Below are positions 58,071 through 64,000 of a stretch of DNA of 64,000 bases, one piece after another (the first letter of the stretch is position 1; the number at the start of each line of letters is the position of its first letter). The notes beneath the pieces are model-generated. The model did no database searches. It was given only the letters and a program-made list of their open reading frames with translations, and was not told the origin of the DNA. Origin of the DNA: an uncultured Desulfobacter sp. (GTDB lineage Bacteria > Desulfobacterota > Desulfobacteria > Desulfobacterales > Desulfobacteraceae). Position numbers and translations under genes: made by a program. The stretch lies in contig OY762069.1 in the NCBI GenBank assembly GCA_963665095.1, positions 4,288,001-4,352,000 of the forward strand, in the 5' to 3' direction.

Positions 58071-58864
58071 TCCAAATCCCTAACTTTCGGCCTTCTAAAA
58101 CAGTATTTATGTTTCGTGAAATAGTATAACAACCCTGCAATATGGTTAATTAGTGCCTGATTTATTTTAAAGCCCCTGGAAATTTCCTGTGTATGATGAA
58201 TAATTTTAAACAACGGGGTGTAGATCACCTCAAAGCCTGCCTTCCAGACCCTAAGGCAATAGTCGACATCCTCCGGCGCATAAAAAATTTTTTCATCAAG
58301 CAATCCTACGGTTTTAAGCACTGTTCTATCCATCATCCAGCATGCAGAAATAGCGTAATCCACCTTGACAGGGCCTTTGGGCACAATCAAATGTTCTTTT
58401 GCCTCCATTTTTCTTAAAAAAAAATATCGCATAAATTTTCTGGTCACCGTCGGGAACTGATCTGTTGACTTCTGTAAATTTCCGTTGGGATAATAAATCC
58501 GGGGGACAGCAATGCCTGATTTCCTGTTTTGTTTTAATGTTGAAACCAGCCCTTCAATACTCCCTGGGAAAAATTCGATATCAGAATCTGATATGCAAAC
58601 ATAGGTTCCGGCGGCTTTTTTTAATGCAATGTTCCTTGAGACAGTTGTGCCTTTGTTTTCATTCAGAAAAACCGTTATAAGATTTAAAGATTCTTTCTTT
58701 TTATACTCATTTAAAATTGTCAATGTTTTGTCTGAAGAGCCATTATCAACCACAAATATTTCAAATTCATAGCAACTGCCCTCCATGGTTTTGCAAATGG
58801 AATTCAGGCAGTTGCTAATATATTGTTCAGAGTTCCAGGTCAATATAACAAAGGAAATGTCCAT
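58067..58864 (-). CDS. Glycosyltransferase family 2
   Basis: VILTWNS, VDNGSSD, SDSD, FYAPEDVDYC. Confidence 0.92.
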   Translation of the reverse strand: MDISFVILTWNSEQYISNCLNSICKTMEGSCYEFEIFVVDNGSSDKTLTILNEYKKKESLNLITVFLNENKGTTVSRNIALKKAAGTYVCISDSDIEFFPGSIEGLVSTLKQNRKSGIAVPRIYYPNGNLQKSTDQFPTVTRKFMRYFFLRKMEAKEHLIVPKGPVKVDYAISACWMMDRTVLKTVGLLDEKIFYAPEDVDYCLRVWKAGFEVIYTPLFKIIHHTQEISRGFKINQALINHIAGLLYYFTKHKYCFRRPKVRDLD

Positions 58865-59032
58865 TATAGTTTTATATACCGCCTTGCAATCCGGCGGGTC
58901 TCCTTAAATATCGGCTCTGTTGGTTTTTGTAGACCTGACAAATTAACTTAATTGTTGAAACTGTGAGTAAATAACCGCGATTTTAGGCACTTAATGTAGC
59001 CATTTTATGCCCGAAAATGCCGGTTAAAAAAT

Positions 59033-60124
59033 TCACAAGGAAATATATTTTCTGGTCATGCTACCGAACACTTTAAAGACGGATACCGGCATTTTCATGA
59101 TCAGGCTTTCTGCTTTTTCTCTATTTCCAGAGACCGTAGATCTATCGGGCCGGGCTAAAGGCTGCAGCCGGCGATTGTGGTTCCACGCTGCGGGCTTAAA
59201 ATTCGCCCAATGCAAGGGAGATGGTTCCGCCCCCCATTGTTTTTTAAAACTGTAAGTGCCTTCCCCAAGGGTGGACCTGCCAAAATCAAACATGGGATAG
59301 TGGTGGTCTGCTGCAAATTTCAAAAATGCCCAGTACAGCATCATGTTGGGGTTCCATCGGTTGTACCGGCGAAGGGAGGATGCCCAGGGCACGGACACCA
59401 TGCGGGGATGGCACAGCAGGATCCCGCCGGCAGCCGGGGTGCGGTCCGGCATCCGCACAACGAACAACACTGCCCTGTTTTTAAACTGTAAGAGTATCTG
59501 GCGGATCCATTCTCTGGTATGCACGGGAGAGCCCAGATCCCGCATATTTTCGGCAAACAGTGGATAGAACGCATCCAGGAGCTCTCGTCCGCCTGACTGG
59601 ACGGTCAGGCCGTCCCTGAGGGGTTTTTTCGCCTGGCTTCGAACCTTGGCTTTGAGGCCACCCATCAGGGTGTCCGCACTGTCCGGCAGGGGCAGCAGCA
59701 TACGGACTTTGCCTGGGTTGACAGTCGTTTCAGGAGGCAGCCCGGCCATGGGGTGGGCCGACCGGATGGACACTGAGTGGATATGCAGTGTCCGGGCAAG
59801 ATCCAGAGCCCGAAATATCAGGTCCCGTTCTATCTCCGGGGTGTCGGCCAGGGGGCCTGCAGCATCGCAGTAGGGCGCTGAAACCAGGGTGCCGGGCATC
59901 AGGGGCGGATGGATGTGCACCAAGGGCAGGATTCCGCGGATGCAGTCTCGGGTTCCGGCGGTCAAATAGAAGCCTTTGAATCCATATGCCGCCGCCACCG
60001 CCTTTTGCCAGGCGGACAAATGGTATGCAAGGCCTCGGGGATGTTTCAGCACATAGCTGTCAATTAATGACGCGGGCATTGTCAAAGAAAGCACCCCTGA
60101 ATCCGATTTTTTCCGGTTAGCCAA
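59033..60124 (-). CDS. FemAB-like XrtA/PEP-CTERM-associated protein
   Basis: YHLSAW, SAPYCDAAG, NMRDLGSPV, PNMMLYW, FDFGRS, FKKQWGAEP. Confidence 0.9.
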   Translation of the reverse strand: MANRKKSDSGVLSLTMPASLIDSYVLKHPRGLAYHLSAWQKAVAAAYGFKGFYLTAGTRDCIRGILPLVHIHPPLMPGTLVSAPYCDAAGPLADTPEIERDLIFRALDLARTLHIHSVSIRSAHPMAGLPPETTVNPGKVRMLLPLPDSADTLMGGLKAKVRSQAKKPLRDGLTVQSGGRELLDAFYPLFAENMRDLGSPVHTREWIRQILLQFKNRAVLFVVRMPDRTPAAGGILLCHPRMVSVPWASSLRRYNRWNPNMMLYWAFLKFAADHHYPMFDFGRSTLGEGTYSFKKQWGAEPSPLHWANFKPAAWNHNRRLQPLARPDRSTVSGNREKAESLIMKMPVSVFKVFGSMTRKYISL

Positions 60125-60175
60125 CTACAAGCCATAATTTTTCAAATGCATCAAAAATTTTATCATCCGTTCTCC

Positions 60176-61465
60176 TTACAGCCGCCAGAACGGGATGCCG
60201 ACCTGTTTGACCTGATTTGGGTCCAGCATGCATTTGACATCTATCAGGCCACCCATTGGGTTTAATTTCCCAGTAAAAGCACCCAGGGGTTTATTCCGGT
60301 ACCAGCCATGGGGGACGGCCAGAATCAATGCGCCAAGATCCGTCAGTTCTTCCCATGGTTTGAGATCCACATTGTAATACTGTTTTGCTTCTTCAGGGGC
60401 AGCCATGGGATCGTGGACCAGGACCTCGCAGCCGTATGACTTCAATTCAGAGATAATATCCACAACACGGGTGTTTCTTAAATCCGGGCAGTCTTCCTTA
60501 AATGTAAGTCCCAGGACACCGACCTTGGCACCTTTGATCAGTTGAGATGAGGAGATCATCATTTTAATGGTTTTTTCCACCACGAATTTGCCCATGTTGT
60601 CATTGATTCTCCGGCCGGCCAGGATGACTTCGGGATGATAGCCTTCGCTCTGGGCTTTATATGTCAGGTAGTACGGATCTACGCCGATGCAGTGGCCGCC
60701 AACCAGGCCGGGGAAAAATTTCAGAAAATTCCATTTGGAGCCTGCTGCTTCCAGTACATTTTTGGTATCAATGCCCAGACGGTCAAAAATCAGGGCCAGC
60801 TCGTTCATCAATGCAATGTTAAGGTCGCGCTGTGTATTTTCGATAACTTTTGCGGCTTCAGCCTCTTTAATTGTTTTTGTCCGGTGAACACCTGCTTCTA
60901 CAATAGATTCATATAGAGCCGCCACTTTTCCAAGGGTCTCTTCATTGTCACCGGAAACCACCTTAACTATCTTTGTAAGGGTATGTTCCTTATCCCCGGG
61001 ATTGATTCTTTCCGGGGAATATCCTACATGGAACTCTTCTTTCCAGGTCATGCCGGACTCTTTTTCCAGAATGGGCACGCAGATCTCCTCGGTGACACCG
61101 GGATATACTGTAGATTCAAATACGACAATACAGCCCTTCTTCATCACTTTCCCCACTGTGCGAGACGCACTTTCAACCGGAAAAAGATCAGGCTGTCTTG
61201 CATTGTCTATGGGTGTAGGAACGGCCACCACAATAATATCAGCCTCCGACATGCGTTCTGGATCAGTGGTCGGTGTGAACTTTACTGCCTTCTCAAACTC
61301 CTCTGTTGAAACTTCCCCGGTGGGATCCTTATGGGCCAGGCTGTTGTCTACAATGGCCTGTTTTAGATCAAAACCGATGGTTTGATATTTTGTACCAAAA
61401 TGTATGGCAAGAGGAAGGCCGACATAACCAAGGCCAACAACAGCTATTTTCGTATCTTTTTCCAA
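60176..61465 (-). CDS. UDP-N-acetylhexosamine 6-dehydrogenase (TviB/WbpO-like)
   Basis: VGLGYVGLPLA, ESTVYPG, SPERINPGD, ENTQRDLNIA, GGHCIGVDPYY, FKEDCPDLRN. Confidence 0.93.
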   Translation of the reverse strand: MEKDTKIAVVGLGYVGLPLAIHFGTKYQTIGFDLKQAIVDNSLAHKDPTGEVSTEEFEKAVKFTPTTDPERMSEADIIVVAVPTPIDNARQPDLFPVESASRTVGKVMKKGCIVVFESTVYPGVTEEICVPILEKESGMTWKEEFHVGYSPERINPGDKEHTLTKIVKVVSGDNEETLGKVAALYESIVEAGVHRTKTIKEAEAAKVIENTQRDLNIALMNELALIFDRLGIDTKNVLEAAGSKWNFLKFFPGLVGGHCIGVDPYYLTYKAQSEGYHPEVILAGRRINDNMGKFVVEKTIKMMISSSQLIKGAKVGVLGLTFKEDCPDLRNTRVVDIISELKSYGCEVLVHDPMAAPEEAKQYYNVDLKPWEELTDLGALILAVPHGWYRNKPLGAFTGKLNPMGGLIDVKCMLDPNQVKQVGIPFWRL

Positions 61466-61513
61466 TCTATTTTATCCTCGGTATTATAATTTAAATATTA
61501 ATGGCGGAATCGT

Positions 61514-62881
61514 TTAGCTCGGATAGTAACCGCCTGTCTTTGGCGATCCTTTAAATATAACCTTTTCTTCTTTACGAAGTATTCGCACCTGCCGTTCGAG
61601 TGTTTTTACAGGAATTTTCAAAATGGTTGAATATTCAGGAAGCCTTAAGCCTGGGTTGTTTTGAATACATTTGTAAAGAGAACTTACTCCCTCACTTACT
61701 CCCTCACTTACTCCCTCACTTACTCCCTCACTTACTCCCTCACTGTTTTTTTGCTGGACATAGAAAGTGGCAAGAATGCCGCCACCAGTCTCTTCAATTT
61801 TAAAAGCCAATTCAGGATAACTTTCAAGTTCCTGCCGGATACGGATCATACCGCTGCCATACTTTTCTATATTTCCGGTAAGATAGAATGCTTCTGCGAT
61901 CAATTTATTACGCAGTTGGGACGGATAGAGATCTGTTTTCAATGCTTCAATGGTCAGACCTCCGTATAAACCACCCGGACTAAAAAATGTTAGTCGATCG
62001 TCAAATATTTTAATTTGGATATCAGACGCATTCTTATAATCCCTGTGTACAACAGCATTAAGCAGAGCCTCTCTCAATGCAGGCAGGGGGTATGCAAATC
62101 GTTCCTTACGCTGCAAGCCGCCGTCAAACTCAAAGGAAACGCTGACGTGGGAGATAATAAATGTCATTGCCTTTTCCACTGCTTCAAACAGGGTATCTGT
62201 AATTTGTCTGTCATCAATAATGGTAACCGGAGTTTTAAAACGACCGATATGTATGTGGTGGCGCATCGGCTCTTTTGAAAAAAGAAGCAGAGACGCCCAG
62301 GTTGGTAAATCCTGTGCAACAAGTTTTAATTTCTGTAACGCCTGCAATGGCTCCAGATCAAGCATGAAACGCCCGCGATCGTTCACAGTCTCAATAAAAG
62401 TCTCTATTTTTTCAACATCCAGGTCATCAAGAGAAGCCTTGCCTCCTGCATGTGCATCCCATGAGGTTTGCAGAGACTGCATGTAAAAATCATTTATTTC
62501 CGTCAGAGAGAGCTGCTGATTAGTGTTTGCCACCCGTTTAAAATACCGGCCCCGGGTACTGACTGGCTTTACTGGGTATTCAGAAACATGGATTGCCACA
62601 ATTGATAGCCCGGCTTGGGAATATGCCTTTATTTCAGGGATAATGGAAGGGCTTGTGGTAGATTTAATCTGACCCAACCATTGATTTAAAGATTCTTTCC
62701 CAATCGTTATGCCGCAGAGAGCGGCATTGTCAGTTACCCCGACAAGCACCGTTCCACCACAAGTGTTGGCAAAAGCGACCAAGCTTTCGACGACTTCTCG
62801 GCCAAATGAAGTTTTGAATTCAACGTTCTCTGACTCGCCGGATTTCAATAACCCGGCAATGTAATCATTTTCCTGCGTCAT
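61514..62881 (-). CDS. Schlafen/AlbA_2 + HATPase-like + HTH protein
   Basis: GESENVEFK, AFANTCGG...GVTD, REALLNAVVHRDY, LRNKLIA, IEKYGSG, GSPKTGGY. Confidence 0.88.
   Translation of the reverse strand: MTQENDYIAGLLKSGESENVEFKTSFGREVVESLVAFANTCGGTVLVGVTDNAALCGITIGKESLNQWLGQIKSTTSPSIIPEIKAYSQAGLSIVAIHVSEYPVKPVSTRGRYFKRVANTNQQLSLTEINDFYMQSLQTSWDAHAGGKASLDDLDVEKIETFIETVNDRGRFMLDLEPLQALQKLKLVAQDLPTWASLLLFSKEPMRHHIHIGRFKTPVTIIDDRQITDTLFEAVEKAMTFIISHVSVSFEFDGGLQRKERFAYPLPALREALLNAVVHRDYKNASDIQIKIFDDRLTFFSPGGLYGGLTIEALKTDLYPSQLRNKLIAEAFYLTGNIEKYGSGMIRIRQELESYPELAFKIEETGGGILATFYVQQKNSEGVSEGVSEGVSEGVSEGVSSLYKCIQNNPGLRLPEYSTILKIPVKTLERQVRILRKEEKVIFKGSPKTGGYYPS
61682..61744. repeat. 12-bp tandem repeat x5 encoding (EGVS)5
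   Basis: ACTTACTCCCTC five times exactly, plus ACT. Confidence 0.97.
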
Positions 62882-63765
62882 ACAAAACCCTGGATATCAG
62901 CCAATTGATTCAAGGAGTCCAGATAGCTGTTACATGAGATAAAATTGCAATCTGAAAAAAAACTGATCATCCGTTTTAATTTATTCTCTGTTTTATCCAG
63001 ATTGATATAATGCCTGAACTTGAATCCCCGGGATGCCTGGTGGACTCTTGGCTGAGCTGGATCAAATTCCCATGGATGAGCGTAGAAAACAAAGGCGTTT
63101 TCCTCTTTAAAAACAGCTTTAATCCCCTGCTGGAAAAAAGAGGTGGGATACAATCTAAAATATCCCCCACCACCCAAAGGAATGGTTTTGCCGGCAAGGC
63201 GCAGATTGCTGATGGGCAGTTCAAAAAACTGGTTATCCAGCTGATAGCATCCGTCTATTTTATGTGCCTTTGACAGATCTATGGAGCCGTAACGACCATG
63301 GGCAGAAAAAGAATTGAAACTTGAATCGTAAAGGTAACCGGCCTGCTTGATCCTTTCCAGGATCTGGTCGTTGATGGCAAAGCTTGGGGCACGATATCCA
63401 ATTACAGACTGGCCAATTATATCTTCAAGTCTTTTTTTGCTGGATGACAGGTCGGAAGCCAGCTGATTTTTGTCCAGGGCTGTACACAGATGGTGGCCGG
63501 CTCCGTGGGATGCCACTTCATGGCCCCTGTCCCGGATTTGCCTGACCAGTCCGGGCAGTCTTTCTGCAATCCAGCCAAGAATGAAAAAGGTGGCTTTGGG
63601 TTTAAAAGGAAATGCATCCAGCAGATCCAGGATCAGATGCGTATTCTTTTCCACCCGGAGTTCAAAAGAATTCCAGGAGGAAAATTCAATATACGACTTG
63701 AAATTTTCAACCTGGAACCAGTCTTCTACATCAATTGTCAGTAGTATTGCGGGCTTTTTTGCCAA
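62878..63765 (-). CDS. XrtA-system polysaccharide deacetylase (with DUF3473-like C-terminus)
   Basis: TIDVEDWFQV, ATFFILGW, EVASHG, GYRAPSF, GGGYFRL, HPWEFDP. Confidence 0.93.
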   Translation of the reverse strand: MAKKPAILLTIDVEDWFQVENFKSYIEFSSWNSFELRVEKNTHLILDLLDAFPFKPKATFFILGWIAERLPGLVRQIRDRGHEVASHGAGHHLCTALDKNQLASDLSSSKKRLEDIIGQSVIGYRAPSFAINDQILERIKQAGYLYDSSFNSFSAHGRYGSIDLSKAHKIDGCYQLDNQFFELPISNLRLAGKTIPLGGGGYFRLYPTSFFQQGIKAVFKEENAFVFYAHPWEFDPAQPRVHQASRGFKFRHYINLDKTENKLKRMISFFSDCNFISCNSYLDSLNQLADIQGFV

Positions 63766-64000
63766 TTTTTGTCAACAAAATGAATAATAGATATACCAGG
63801 ACAAGCGCTGTGCCAAAGACGATTAAACCGGACATGTCATGAAGAAATCCGTGGGCCGCTTCCGGGCCTACCCAGGCTGCCAGCATTCCAGTGATGGTCA
63901 GGCGGACAACATTCACGGCAACGGCTATTGGGATGGCGGATAAAAATATCATCCATTTTTTCCACTGGCTGAGATGGGATAAGAATGCAAATGCTCCGGT
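63731..64000 (-). CDS. Exosortase (3' part; runs off the window end)
   Basis: Open frame ...KKWMIFLSAIPIAVAVNVVRL...GFLHDMSGLIVF with the Arg and His of the exosortase triad; flanked by XrtA-associated genes. Confidence 0.85.
   Translation of the reverse strand, partial: TGAFAFLSHLSQWKKWMIFLSAIPIAVAVNVVRLTITGMLAAWVGPEAAHGFLHDMSGLIVFGTALVLVYLLFILLTKIGKKARNTTDN

Noticed and set aside
58872..58884. ops-like GGCGGTAT on the minus strand upstream of the GT2
   Set aside because: Only a partial match to GGCGGTAG, with no JUMPStart context and no RfaH-like gene visible.
58975..59030. Possible sigma54 promoter, as expected for PEP-CTERM loci
   Set aside because: Candidate GG/GC pairs do not give a convincing TGGCAC-N5-TTGC with correct spacing.
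61682..61744. Possible CRISPR array
   Set aside because: 12-bp head-to-tail units with no spacers, inside a CDS; no cas genes in the window.
1..64000. tRNA, rRNA, riboswitches, prophage genes and a PPTase for the PKS
   Set aside because: None recognised by eye; the PPTase is presumably encoded elsewhere. tRNAscan-SE and Infernal would be needed to exclude small RNAs.

Overview
The gene content suggests a sulfate-reducing deltaproteobacterium of Desulfobacterales type (inference). 1-7.1 kb holds housekeeping and lactate-oxidation genes: partial MoxR ATPase, pepA, a PaaI thioesterase, a GlcF-like Fe-S protein and an LldG/LldH-type L-lactate dehydrogenase, plus a perfect 57-bp palindrome and a structured MITE-like repeat. 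7.2-10.6 kb is the dTDP-rhamnose operon rfbACDB, whose last stop codon is supplied by an IS66-like end. 10.6-16.5 kb is a patch of toxin-antitoxin pairs (VapBC, MNT-HEPN), a Uma2 nuclease, an enoyl-CoA hydratase and decayed genes. 16.6-64 kb is almost entirely minus-strand: a cNMP-patatin gene, then a >45-kb exosortase/PEP-CTERM-type surface-polysaccharide locus. That locus has many glycosyltransferases, two flippases, two sulfotransferases, two deacetylases, two nucleotide-sugar dehydrogenases, FemAB-like, heparinase II/III-like, beta-helix and GH123/DUF4091-like genes, and is interrupted by an intact 4-ORF IS21 element and a decayed IS4. The standout is a 2594-aa single-module PKS inside the locus with architecture FkbH-ACP-KS-AT-KR-ACP-GNAT(x2) and no thioesterase. 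It plausibly builds a glycerate-derived trihydroxy-acyl group and transfers it onto the glycan. All calls come from motif recognition by eye; no database search was run.
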